Origin: Vicugna vicugna
Taxonomy: Eukaryota
Assembly: GCA_013265495.1 (NCBI GenBank)
Contig: MU057801.1
Span: 2,076,301-2,140,300 of the forward strand
Reading direction: 5' to 3'
DNA length: 64,000 nucleotides
The position numbers and the translations under genes were made by a program. Positions 38,926-51,379 of the stretch are shown piece by piece. Numbering within the stretch: position 1 is the first letter of the stretch; every line of letters starts with the position of its first letter. Below the pieces are notes generated by a model. It was given only the letters and a program-made list of their open reading frames with translations, made no database searches and was not told where the DNA came from.

Positions 38926-39379
38926 GTGGGTGAGGAGTCAGACTCACACGACAGGGAGGTTTGGTCTTCGAGAAGGAAACAGTGTCCAGCCGTGCTTGGA
39001 CGGTCCTGGCAGCACCGGCCACGGCACCCCTCCCGCGATGCCTCAGACCCACCGTTGCACCGATGAGCCTTCCCCACGTGCGGAAGTCCCTGCGTGCTGG
39101 GTCCTTACGCCAAGACATGCAAACACCTACCCTGCTCTCGGCTCAAACCTCTTTCTACGTTTGAGCAATGCTGGGGTTGCTAGAAAACCAGGTCAAGGTG
39201 CATCAGCAGGGCCATACGCCTGCAGTCCGCCCTTCAGCAGCCCAGCCGTGTGCAGGCCACGTGTCCGAGAAGGTAGTGGGCTGGTCTCGAGGATGCACTG
39301 ATGGGGAGGGGGTGGCGCCGGGAGACCCCCCATCTCTCAAGGTCCCACCCAGGTCCAACTGCTGCTGACTTACCAGCCC

Positions 39380-39830
39380 TAAACGTGGCGGCTCCAATAG
39401 CAATGGCGGTTTTATTCTCACGGAGTTTCTGTTCGTGGTTCTGACCCAGGACCTCCTCTGCATACAGTCTGGGAACAGACTGAGGGACGCTGGGGCCCGG
39501 AGCAGTGGAGGGCTGGCTGGACACCCCCGCCTCTGGGGGCTGCTGCTCATGGCCCCTCCACGCAGGGTGACGCGGCCCTTCCACCACAGCGGCCCTTCCA
39601 GCATGGCGGCCCCCAGACAGTCGTCCTGCTCGTGGGGCATCTCAGGGCTCCAGTCGCAAGGAGGAGGCTGATCGCCTTTCCAAGACCCTGCCTCGGAAGT
39701 CACAGCACGTCACCTGTGTGCACCCTAATGGCCACATTAGTCGCCAAAGCCCTCCCAGTTCTAGGGGTGGGACATAACGCCACCTCTAGGTTGGGATGAG
39801 TGTCAGAGTCTCCTTGGAGATGGGCCTGGG
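39380..39830 (-). mobile_element. MaLR LTR (older MLT1 subfamily), reverse orientation
   Basis: ggaagtcacagcacgtcacctg...ccctcccagttctaggggtgggacataacgccacctc...gatgagtgtcagag matches the recalled reverse MLT1 motif. Confidence 0.65.
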
Positions 39831-39959
39831 TGGTGGGAGATGTTGCTGTGGTCCCTGAGGGCCGTTCCCCGGCTGGTAACACCCACCCCGTCTCCTCGTT
39901 CTCCTCATCCCCGAGACCCCGCTGCCTGGATGCCCCGTCTTGTGAGGCAGCTTGCTTGC

Positions 39960-40165
39960 ATTTTTCTTCTGACATTTAAAATAAGTGAGGTATGGCTGGT
40001 TAACAATGTGTTAGTTTCTGGTGTCTGGCTCAGTGATTCAGTCGTACATACATATATTCTTTTTCATATTCTTTTTCATTATAGGTTATGCCAAAGCCCT
40101 GAATGTAGCCCCTGTGCTCTGCAGGGGACCCTGCTGCCCGTCTACACAGCAGTTTGCATGGAGGC
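39960..40165 (-). mobile_element. Cetartiodactyl-type L1 3' end
   Basis: ttagtttctggtgtctggctcagtgattcagtcgtacatacatatattctttttcatattctttttcattataggttat. Confidence 0.9.
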
Positions 40166-41004
40166 AGCTTCCGCAGACCTCCTCTCCAGCCTTGAGGGGC
40201 TCCTCCCCAGAGCTCCCCCTCCATCCTGCACACGGCCATTCCCCCACCTCTCTGCCCCGGAGGAGTTCACATCTCCCTCCCCAGCTGCCTGCAAACTCCC
40301 TGAAGGCTGGGCTCACCCGTTTTCCCTTCCCTGCGCTACCTCTCCAAAGACGTTTCAAAGGACATCTGTAGGAATCCTCCCCAGCAGGGGCAGTACCTAG
40401 ACACCAACCCTGAGTGACGGCCAGTTGCACAGATGGCAGCGTCTCAGCCACGGGGAAGGGAAGGCGCACTGCATGGGGGGTGGACAGTAAACAGCGCCCG
40501 TGGTGATTTCCGGAAACAGGGGTCACTGACGCTTTGCAGTTCATCATCTGGAAAGTCCCTGAGATTTCAGTAATAAACAAGGATTCCCATTTCTTCTTTA
40601 AAATCACTTCTAATAAATAGACCGCTCCTCTGCCCAGGCCCAGAATGGACTAGCTCAGGACCCGCTGCCGTCTGGGTGAGCCTCCTGTGCTCACCTCGTC
40701 CCCACCCTGCGCCCGCCCCAGGCACCACCGACCCGCCGGTGCTCCCTCAAAACACCAGCCTGACAAGCGGCCGGGCCGGGTTTACGACGTAGCAACCACG
40801 CTCAGACTCGCTCTGCTGGTTCGCCCGCCGCGCGCATTTCTGCCTTCATCTGAGTCTGGACGTTTCCAGGTCTCTCCCCCTCGGGAGTGAGGAGGATGGA
40901 TCGTCTTAGACAAGTTGAAGATGAACTAAAAGAAACGTGAGGAAACAAGACAGTTCAGGATTCCGTACGACTCTGAGTTCCTTCACTCTAAAACAAAATC
41001 CCAC

Positions 41005-41152
41005 ACAAGGAGCGACATTCAATACCCTGCAGTGACCTGCGGTGAACAAGAACACGGACAGGAGCATATGCATGTGCGTGCATGACCGAGACACGACGCT
41101 GCGCCCCAGAATTGACACAACGCCGTAAACTGACTGGATTTCAATTTAAAAA
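41005..41152 (+). mobile_element. Cetartiodactyl-type L1 3' end, GC-shifted
   Basis: acaaggagcgacattcaataccctgcagtgacctgcggtgaacaag...ccagaattgacacaacgccgtaaactgactggatttcaatttaaaaa. Confidence 0.9.
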
Positions 41153-44100
41153 GCCCCGTTCCTAAGCCTGAACGTCCGTGGCCAGCGCCAAAGGCACAGC
41201 GCAGCCCTTCAGCGGGACGGTCTGCAGTTACTCGGTTAAAGCGACACCGCCCCCTCTAAGCTGCTCTGTCTGATGCGGGGCTCACTGGTCCTCACACTGG
41301 AAGGAGGTAAACGTCCCCTCAACAACCGTTTTCCCTTTCAGATATTTCAGAAGCACAAGCTGCGAACATTCCTGATTTCTCAGCCACTGCAAACATCGAA
41401 GACTACTTGTCTGTGGGTAACTGGAAGCATTTCTGTTTAGTCATGAATGGTTTTCACGGAAATGACAGGACACTCCAGCCCAAGGAGGGATCATGGAATT
41501 GGCTCCATGCCTTCCGGGAGTCGCACATATTCACCTTTTTCTCATCAATAGTCGGCTTCTTTGACCCTGCTTGGACCCACTGACCCACGACTTGTCCCGA
41601 TCAACAAGGGCTCCTAAGTCAGGCCCCCCCAGCTTCTTACTCCCTGGCTGAAGGCCCCCGTCTCCTCCTCGTCCCCTCAGCCCACGTTCCAAAGTGGAAG
41701 CATGTTGTACGTGTTTCCTGTCAGCTCAGGAGGTGTGGAGAGTGTGGCCCGCCAGGAGCCCCGGGCTGGGGCCCACCCCTGCTGGCCAGGCGTGCCTGCC
41801 TTCAAGGGCTGCTGTGGGGTTAGGGGTGACACCCCTGAGCGGCCCCTAGAGCACAGTGTTATCTTCCGTCCACAGTAACGGGTCTTGCACGGCCGTCCCC
41901 AGAAGGGTATCCTGGGACAAGGATGGGAGAGCGAGTGGCCTGTCACGGGGAGGGCCCAGGAAGCCGGGTGGCGACTGCGGAAGCCACACAGGACCCAGGG
42001 ATGCAGGGTGGCCCAGGTGCACCGATGAGCTGACACGGCTGTGGGCTTCGGGGGCGCGGTCCCGATGGGGACGTGAGGGAGGAGGGAGCACGTGACTCAG
42101 AGACGCCCCCTCTGACCTCGAGGAAGCTGGGTCTCTTTGTCCAAGGCCTGTCTGCCGCTGGCTGGGAGCTGGTCCCAGGGCACTGGCTCCTCGGCGCTTC
42201 CAACCTGACCCACGTGTGGTCGGTGGTCTGCACACCTGAACGAGCCCTCGGGCGAGTCGCAGGTACCTGCAACCGGTAGCAGCGAGCACACCTGGGGAGG
42301 TGAGGGCCCTGGAAGCATCTGGAAGGCACGTCAGCACGCAGCCCGCAGGGCGTGTGCCTCGGAGTGTCTGGCCCAGCAGGGCGGGTCAAAGGCTGGCCTT
42401 TCTCACACACTGCCAGGTGGTTTTCAGCTGGGCAGGTAAAGGCGGGGAGTCTGCACGCCGCACTGGCGGGTGACACCTTCAGAGTCTGTGTTCGGGGGTC
42501 GGATGAAGGAGGAGCGAGGTGAGGGCGCCGAGGGCAGTGGGTGGAGGCCGCGTCTCCCTTCTCCCCGTCTCGGAGAACGCAGTTTCTCAGCCCACGGTCA
42601 GCCACCCGCCGTCGTCTCCATTTGCAGGGGAGAAAACCGTTGCGCTCTTGGAGATCGTGGTGGACGCAGTGGGTCTCATCTGCTCCTGCAGACACCTGGG
42701 GCAGGGGCGATGCTCCCGCGGGTGACACCCTCCTCTGGGTGTGCCCAGCTTTGGCTAAAATCTCTCAGGTGTTGTGAGTGGAGAAGGCTTTGTAATTATC
42801 TGCCATCACTGCTTTCTTCACGGTGAGAGGGCACGAACGTCTCAAGGCGTGTCTCCATGGGAGAGGAGTTCTCGGCGTCCCCCCTCACCTCCCCGACTCA
42901 AGCGAGCCTGAGGCAGGCCCCGCGGCATCTCCAAGTGCCCGTCCTCGGGACTCGGGGAACAGTGGGCCCCACGCTCGGCGGTGCCTGGACACCCACTGCG
43001 GGCGCCTGGTCTGAGCCCGGGCCTCGCTCGCTCCCCTCGGCTGTGCCGCTGCTGAGCAGCACCCGGCCCGGGAGCGGGGGGCCCAGCACGGGCCCCGGCA
43101 AGACGGCCTCCGGGCTGCTTCAGCCTCGTGGGTGGGAGGCCGGGCCTGGGGGCAGCTGAGGTTCAGCAATCTCCCTCGTCCAGCTGTCACTGCCACCGGG
43201 GGTCACCCCCGCTGGGCCTCACGACAGTCGGCCCCCTCTGCCCGAGGGACGTACTGTGCTGATCGCATCCCGGGCCTCTTCTCGGCTCTTGTTGGCACGG
43301 CAGCTGGGCAAAGAGTAACGCCATTGTAACGGTGACTAAAAGTAGCTCTGACTTCAATGAGGGAAGTAGGTCCAAGCTCTGGCACTTCTGTGTTAGTCAC
43401 AGTGGCTTCTGACACGTGGCCCATCTGACTGGGAAGCGCAGGTGTGGAGCCGGCCCAGGCCCCGCGCCAGGGGCAGGCCGTGCCCGCGCCGGGGTCAGCG
43501 CCTCTCAGCCGCGTGACTTCCAGGCACCCTGGAGACCCAGGCCCACGGCAGGTGAAGGGCGCACGGAGGCCGGACGGCGTGTACTGCATCTCGTCGCGAG
43601 CACGGCGAGCAGCCGAGGTCCTCGGCACTGTGGGCGCCCAGGAGCAGGAGGATGGCGGGCGGAACCACAGCCCTCTCCCGTTTCCCACGGGCGCCCGTCC
43701 ATCCGACCTCAGCACCTCGGCTGGTCTTTGGAGTTTCTTCCCTTTCCTGCCCTGAACACACCGGCCACGTCCTGCCGTCAGTCTTTTATGAATCCTGTCC
43801 CATCCAGTCTCGTCCGGTCCCTGCCCTCACCCACTCTGTGTCTCCACTTCAGCCATCACCCAGCCCTGCTCCTGGCGGCCCCCTCCCCGGGCCCACCTGC
43901 TCCGCCCTCTGCTTCCAGACTGGACCCCCACACATCCCTGCTCACTCTTCTTTTGTACAGAGGCTGTCCTGCGTCCTGAGGTGGACGGCTCACAGGCCAC
44001 CCTAATGGGCGTGTCGATGTTGTGACAGCAGCCCCGGAGGTGCCCGCTCGTGCCCTCCTCACTCCCACGGGCTGGCGGTTTCCACCGTGAGCCCCGATGA

Positions 44101-46389
44101 CTCAGCCTGAGGCCGTCTCTCCACCCACAAGAGCAAATCAAGTAACAACATTCATGGAGTGAATGGAAATCAGTGATGGAGGGCAAGCGGGACCGGCCAG
44201 AGGGCTGGGAGGAAAACCGGCAGAGCCGAATGCCGCAAAGGACGAGGGAAGAAGCAATTGTGTGAGTGAAGGCGGGTCCCCCGAGACGACGCTGGACCAA
44301 CACTGAAGCCTCGGCGTCGGTTCTCACAGCCCGTAGGTCTCGCGTGACGTGGGATGAAGGTTCCACTGGGCGGTGGGGACACGGGCGGGTTGCCAAGTGG
44401 CTGAGAAGTGAGTGTAAAGGGAGCAAGGCAGGTGCAGAGATGTCTCTCTGGACGTCTGACTGTGAAGACCCAGAGAGACGGGGTAACGGAGGGGGACGCT
44501 GGCTCTGAAGAGTCATTGGTCAAAGGCCATCTTCAGGGGGTAGGTTGAGTCTCTGGTGCTGGCGGCTAGTCATGCAGGCCCAGGGAGTGTGTTCCAAAGC
44601 CAGAACAAGCGCAGTGTAGACGGCCTTCGCGTGTAGCCGTGAGCACGGGGCTGTGTGAGCAGGACCCCAGCAGCGCCTGCTGCGGGGGGTGGGGACGTGT
44701 TGGGGAAGAGCCTGTGTTCAGGTGAGCTTGCACTGAAAAGCAGACACACACAAAGTGGATTTTACAGTATTTCCTTTAGGGAAAGGCAGTGAATATTCTG
44801 TAACTCACAAACGGGGGTGTGAGGAGCAGATGTTTCCCACCAGCTGTTGCCAAGACAGCTCCGGCTTTTGCTGTGGATGCTCTTTGGGAACGGCTCCATC
44901 CAGCCAAGGCCACCCAAGCAGCATCGCCGGACAATCCAGAGTGAGAAGACCGCCTCCGTCCACGCCGCCGCCGCCGCCCAGCCTCCCGGTCCCCCAGGTG
45001 TCTGCTCAGAGGACGGCGGCAGCCGGGGATGACACGGAGCCCCTTGGTCAAGGCCCACCTGTGCCGGCCCGTGGCCCCAGGACCTGGAGAGAGCTACCTG
45101 CACCTGAGGGGCCCCCGCTTTCTCTGAAGGCGCTGCCTTGAAGACAAAGGCAACACAGACACGGAGCCCAGAACGTGAGAGAAAAACCTGCTCTTTCCGC
45201 TCAGGAACTACAGCAACTGTCAGGGGTGCAGGGCCCCTGCGCCCAGGGCGCTGGCCGAGCAGGGAGGGTTCCCCGTCGGCTGCGGGTCTGCGCTGTTGGG
45301 CGGAGCCCACCTGGCCGCCCCACTTAGGCAGGCAGCTGCTGGCCCCTCCAAACGCCCAGGTAGGGGCCACGGGGGGCGGGGGGAGGGGTGATGAGAAAAC
45401 TGGGGGAAATGGTGGTTCTGACCTTGAGAAGTCAAGTCAAATTAAATTTAAACTTTTCAGAGGGGGAAAACCTGTAAGTGGCAGACGACTCCATAAGGAA
45501 GTATTCAGCTCTGGGCTGTTTAGAGATGCAGTCTTCATCCAGGACCTCGTAATAAAGCTTGAAAAAAAAGCACAACGGCATTTCTTGGCCTAAACCCGTA
45601 AAACGAGTCCAGCTGTGATAGTGTCTTTCCAGTCGGAGCGATCACGATCCACGACTTTCTCTAAGGACTTAATTAACATCAACGCGAGAGCCTCTAATTT
45701 CCCCCGGTATCTATCATCTGGAAATAAAACCTGCTTACTTACTGTGGATGCCAAAGAACAGATTAAACTGATAAAGGAAAGTCTAAGATTAGCAAGCGCA
45801 GTTCACTCTTCGGATGGAGATATTTTACCATTTCACCAAGTTGCTCTCTCGGGAGGGAAGCTGTCTGTTGATACTTTGCTACGGAGACCGAGCTGGGGAA
45901 GGGGAGCCTGCTCCCCGCCGTGAACCAGGGCGTCTCTCCCAGCTCCTCGTCCACTGCCGAGGGAGGAAGATAAGAAAGGGTCTTCCCTCACACGCGCTAA
46001 GTTAAAGAAAGCTTTAAGTGCGCTCCATTCAAAAGCACACATACTGAAAGCGGGATGAGTGAGTTCGTTTTAGCGTTTGTGCTGTGTCTGTCCTGGAAAG
46101 ATACAGAGATCAGCGCGGCCCCTGCACAGCGATGCCGCACAAATCCGCAAAGTGTTCCCTGTCTTTTAAAAAGTTTGAAGTAATTGCTATAGTAACGGGA
46201 CCCACGCATGTGCAAACAATAAAACAATGCCACAGGCAGCAAAACTGGGGAGGCCGACTCGGTAGCCAGCGCCTGCGCTTCTTCACCTGAGACGCAGGCG
46301 CGCTCGTCACGCACGCGCGCGCCATCTGAGCGGTGACGGCACCGGCTAGGCCGGCTCAGTGTGCTGTGCGCCCTCACGGTGCCAGAAGG

Positions 46390-46900
46390 CAAAGACATGT
46401 TTACCACAAATACCAAAAGAAGAGAGAGAGGGAGAGAGAGAGAAGGGCAAAGAAAGGGAAGGCCGTCTCTAGAGCAGAGGAGGGAAGCAATGAGCACACT
46501 GAAAACAAATAAAAATCTCAGAAGCAGAGCTAGTAACCTGTCAGACATAGAATGTCCAGTCCGACCAGTACACTTGGACAAAAGCACACTAATAAATGTA
46601 GGCAGAACCAACTTCCCTGCTGGGAGAAACACGTGCAGAATGAAACACAGGTAAAAGGGACTAGGAAGATCAGATTGGGCAAAGACTGAGCAGGCAATCG
46701 CTAACCAAGAGAAAGCTAGAAGTCACAGCGATAAGACTGGGCAAGAATAACGTTGAAGCAAGAAGTGATAAACTACCGCAAAAGGGATAATGAACATCAG
46801 TGCATGGTGTCAGGCACAGTGATAACACAACCGCACTTTGTGCGCCAAGTAACAAAGGAAACAAACCATAAAGCATCACTCCAGGGGCTTCTGGAATGAC
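46390..46900 (+). mobile_element. Ancient L1 remnant: inter-ORF region and ORF2 endonuclease 5' region
   Basis: caggcaatcgctaaccaagagaaagctagaagtcacagcgataagact...aaagggataatgaacatcag...gtgcgccaagtaacaaagg matches the L1M ORF2 endonuclease region; the frame is disrupted. Confidence 0.7.
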
Positions 46901-48959
46901 TCAACAAACCCAGAAGTACGAGCGTATCATGATGGATCAAGGTAGCCTCGGAATGCCCCGGTGAGTTTGCTCAAACACGAGTCCTCGGGCTCCACCCCGG
47001 ACCTTCTGCTCAGTCGGTCTGGCTGGGCTCTTGTAGCCCGTGCAGATGGAAGCCTGGGAAACAGCAATGGTGTGGCCGAAAGGCGTGGAAACACAGGGGT
47101 GAGAAGGGCTCAGCAAAGGACGGGCAGCAGAAATCTCCGGGAAGGAGCAAGGTGTTGGCTCCAACCAACCCAGGATCTTGAAGTGAGCCCGAGGGAATCG
47201 CGGCAGAGCCCTGAGTTGACGGCAGCCCCAGCGTGACAGCCGTGAGCAGAGGGGCTCAGAGAAGAGACACAATTCCCTGAAGTCTGCAAATGGGGACCGA
47301 GCGGGAAGGTTACCGCCCCCAAGTCTCTATTTCCAAAACACAGGCACCTTTCGCTACCCCCGGGAGAGGAGTGTTCCTCCTCCTCTCTGGGTCTGTCTGT
47401 CCTGGTCTGACTTCTCCTAGGCTTCGGAGGTGTTGAAATTTTCCTCAAAACCCGCCTTCTACTTCTGTCCCCACTTAAAAATATTCTCTGTGTTCAGCAA
47501 TGTTCCAAGTCCTTTACACACACTCCTTTACTGGGTGGTGCTGGGAGGCACGTCTCCTGTTACCCCCACGCTGGGGGTCGGGGATCAGAGGTCGGCGAGG
47601 TCACCTACGGGGCACCGGGCATGCAGAGGGGCCCGAATCCCCTCCCCCCTGGCCCAACGCCGGAGCCACGCAGCACTCCTGCCCGGTCCCTTCCCTCTCC
47701 TTCCTTCTTGTCTGCAAACTCCCCTTCTTTTCCCATTTGCCTTTCTCTCCCAGGGAGGAAGGATAGGGAGCTGTTTGTGTTTCTTTCTCTTTTTTTTTTC
47801 TTTTTCTCCTGGTTCTTTCCTAGGAAGGAGTCAAGTTTACACAAGTCTCAGTCAAAGCAGCCTCCTGTGGTCACATCTCACCCTCTGCTGAACCCGCTCC
47901 TTCCTCTTGACGTTTTGGTCTGGACGGAAAGTGAGGGCTGTCACCAGAGAACAGCCTGCTGCCAGTAGCCCCGATGTCCCACAGGCCGGTCTATCCTCAT
48001 GTGGCCTGTCATGTTCCTGGGGCCCAATTCTTAGTTTTGAAAGTCTCCAGAAATGGCAGCATCCTTGGCCAGAGGCAAGGCTCACTCGGCCTTCCCGATT
48101 CCGTAACTTAGAAGTCAATTGCCTCGCAGGTGTCTTTGAAATTCTCGTGTTGATTTGATGACTGCAGCTTCAGAGATGCCTTGCTCTCGTCCTTGTCTGG
48201 ATCAGAATGCAACTGCCCGGGGCAGTGAATCAGACTGAGAAATCCGATCAGACCCTGATTTCAGCCCCCTTGGAGTTGGCCAGCCAGATGATCTCCACGA
48301 GCCCTCCCTCGCTGGACTTCTCATTGTTCACCACTGCCCTCTGGGAATGTGATGCTGGATTCCACCCTGAAGTCCGGAAAACTCTAGACTTTAAGGAGAT
48401 GGTCATGTTCCAAAAATGGGATCACAAAACAAACAGGACTGGAGAGCCTGAGGGCACTCCCTTCATTTCCAGCTGTTTCCAACATGTTTTCACTTGAGCA
48501 AAACCCCAAACACATGTTGAAAATCTCATTTTCCTCTGAAAATGTTAAATCCACGGGTCAAACTAAGAGGAACCATCTCTGTGTGAATCTGATCCGTTCA
48601 CACTTAACTGACAGAAAGCTGGGTGAAGAGCAGGTTGACGGTCAAGAGGCCCCTTTTGGTAGCCTAAGGACTTGTCCCCTCACTCCAGGTTGTCCCTGCA
48701 AAGAAGGGGAAAGAGAAAGGTCAACGCTAGACTCTGACTCAACACCTTCCCTCAGCAAGGCTCTTGCCCCTTTCTATTACCAATAAAGCAGAAGTAATGA
48801 CCAGGAGACACTGTCCTGTCCATGAGCAGGATGGGTGTTAAGTCAAGAAAGGCCCCTTGCCCGTGCACCACACCTTACAGAAGGCTCTCGAACCTTCCTT
48901 GCCTTCCGTCCACCCACCATCCTGGGTGAGGGACACTCATTCTTCTCCTCAGGTTATCT

Positions 48960-49285
48960 GAGCAGCCAAACAGGAGGCTTCACTGAGTCCACTTTTGCCT
49001 CCCTAACCTACCCCCTCCCCACTATCCTGTTTCTGAATGATGTTGTTAATCATAGCTCTTCTCTGTTCAGGAACCGCTTTCAGCTTCACTCTCACCTGCA
49101 AGCCTCACGGACTCCGAGTTACTTTGCACTCCTGTGTGAACACCTCTGCCCGCCCCGCAGTGACAGACTGGCCACAGCCATCCTGGCCTTTTGTTCCTCT
49201 TCTGGATCTGTTCCTCCCTCACTGCTCTGTTTAAAATTCTACTCTTTAAAGGTCCATTTAAATCATGCCTCCTCTATCCAGGTTT
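48960..49285 (+). mobile_element. L2 3' fragment
   Basis: atcatagctcttctctgttcaggaacc...gccacagccatcctggccttttgttcctc...tttaaaggtccatttaaatcatgcctcctct follows the L2 3' pattern. Confidence 0.65.
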
Positions 49286-49296
49286 AACTTATAGGT

Positions 49297-49620
49297 TTTT
49301 TTTTTAATGTGTAGTTTAAAAGTTTTTTTAGATTTATAGAAAAGATGCAAAAATAGTACAGAGAGTCCCTGAGCTATTTCCCCAGCCTCCTTGCTGCCGG
49401 CAGCCTTACACAGCCAGAGTGTAAGCGCCAAAGCCGAGAAACTCAGAACGGTTCAATACTATTAAACAAACAAGACCTCATTTGAATTTCACTAGTCTTT
49501 TCACAAGTGTGACTTTTTCCCCGTCCTGGAATCCAACCCAGGATCCCACTCTGTGATAAGTTCTCAGCAGCAGTTTTGCAGAAAGTCCCACAGTTTGGGT
49601 TTGTCTGAGGTTTTGTGAGG
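49297..49620 (-). mobile_element. L1MC1/MB-like 3' end
   Basis: ttttagatttatagaaaagatgcaaaaatagtacagagagtccc...atactattaaacaaac...gaatttcactagtc...ggaatccaacccaggatcccac. Confidence 0.85.
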
Positions 49621-49864
49621 CCATCCGTGACTCCCACCCCAACTGATATAAGTATTTCTCTTCTGGGCTCCTATGACACTGCCACTCCCCACAGACGTCT
49701 GACCACTTGTCTGTCACAGTACCACTGAGGAGAGACACTGCATGTCACACACTGGGTTTCCATAATACTTATCAACTTGATGTTCAGTATGTCAGTCAGA
49801 TCCCTGAATGAATCCATGAATCGATGAACGATGAGCAAAAAAAAAGTATCATCAAAACCCTCAG

Positions 49865-49945
49865 CAAGCAAATGAGAGATGCTGGAGAGGGAGTGGGGAA
49901 AAGCGACCCTCCTGCACTGCTGGTGGGGATGGAAATTGGTGCATC
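49865..49945 (+). mobile_element. L1 ORF2 3' fragment
   Basis: agagatgctggagagggagtggggaaaagcgaccctcctgcactgctggtggggatggaaattggtgca is a classic L1 ORF2 C-terminal motif. Confidence 0.75.
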
Positions 49946-50872
49946 ACAGCCAGGATGAGACCCCGGGTTCAGTTACGTCAATGTTTCTCGGGAGAAGCAG
50001 CCTTGGAGCGGCTGCTGGCAGGTACCCACTGGCTGTGCACGTGACACGCAGAAGGATGGCACCATCCAGACAGAAAGAGCAGGACGCCGAGTGCCCCGCC
50101 CCGACTCAGAGATGCCGATGCCGCGGTCAAGACCCTCTCTCGCCGCCGGCCATCATCCATCGCGCTGTGTTTTGCAGGCAGGAGTTACGCAGGGAAGTGG
50201 TGAGCGGAGACAGGGCGCTCAGGGACCTGTGTGACAGGACGTGGCGTTCCCTTCAGCAATGGTTTTTTGGTGCCTCCTGCACCGATTCCGTGGACAGGGC
50301 AGTCACCAGGGCGGTGGGGACGAGATGTGTTTCTGGAATCTGTGTTTATTTAGGGAAACGTGGCTCATCAAATTCCTGGAACACTTCGATCTTCAACTCG
50401 GTGGTCACTGTTCAGCCCCAAACCTCCGAAGCTTCCCACGGCGAGTCTGACGCGCTCCCCGCCTCCTCGCCCAGGGCCTCTGCCTCTGTCCCGGGTGATG
50501 TCAGCGCCAGACGCAGCGCCAAGGAGCCTCCAGGAGAGGCCGAGGGCGGAAGGAACTCCCGGGGGCTCAAAGTGACGACAGTTTTGCTTTACACATATTG
50601 ATGTCAAAATCAAGCTGGAAGACTGACCGTGAAAGAACGTGCATGTTTACAAACTAAGAAATGTCGACTTTGTCTGAACTCGGATGGAATCCGGGGCACG
50701 AGGAGGCTTTGCTCCCTGAAGTCATGAAACTTTCGAATGTTCTGTTCTTTCAAAACTGGTCTCCCAGTCATTAACAGGGAGCACACTCACTCTTCTAGCC
50801 TGAGCCCTGCAGGTAAGTGCCCAGCTACACACACCCAGAGGCTTCGTGCGGCGGGGCGTTCCGGGCGCTAAG

Positions 50873-50891
50873 CCCCCCCCCCCCCCCCCCC
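50873..50891. repeat. Poly(C)19 run
   Basis: Counted directly. Confidence 0.95.
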
Positions 50892-51379
50892 GGTGGAGGC
50901 CGCTGCCGGGACTGAACGACGGAAGCGTGAAAGCTTACGTAACCGCAGTCTGAAAGTTACTATTTACAAAACAATAGCTCGAGCCTCCAAAGCATGCAGG
51001 TACTGGTTGCGTTTTCCCCCAGATTTATTTCCTGAAAAGGCGTGTTTCTTGTCCATAAGTGTGTGCAATACGGACCACATGCACGTGGAGGAGGGCGTGC
51101 CCTGTTGAACACGCGTGGGCTCGTGAGGACCCGGCCCCGCCCTGGCTGTGCTGGGACCATCCCCTCACCTCCCTGGTGACCACGGCTGTGCTTTCTGCCA
51201 GGATCACGCCCTCTCTGGTTTCTGAGACAGGGATGGGCGCAAAAATGTTGACCTGGCCTCTCTTTCCTGAAAGAAACTCTGGTAGGAGAACAACTCTTTT
51301 GGTTTCCACACGTGCCTGCGTCCGACATAGCATCTTGGCCTTTGGGTTCGGGTGTGAAATTGCCTTCTGGTTTCCTTTT

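Noticed and set aside
45451-45463. 13-nt microexon-like unit (similar unit near 31216)
   Set aside because: Not a multiple of three, no flanking gene, and chance juxtaposition is likely in AT-rich patches.
48207-48497. Less GC-biased ORF suspected to be retroviral pol/env
   Set aside because: No RT, RNase H, integrase or env motifs in any frame I checked.
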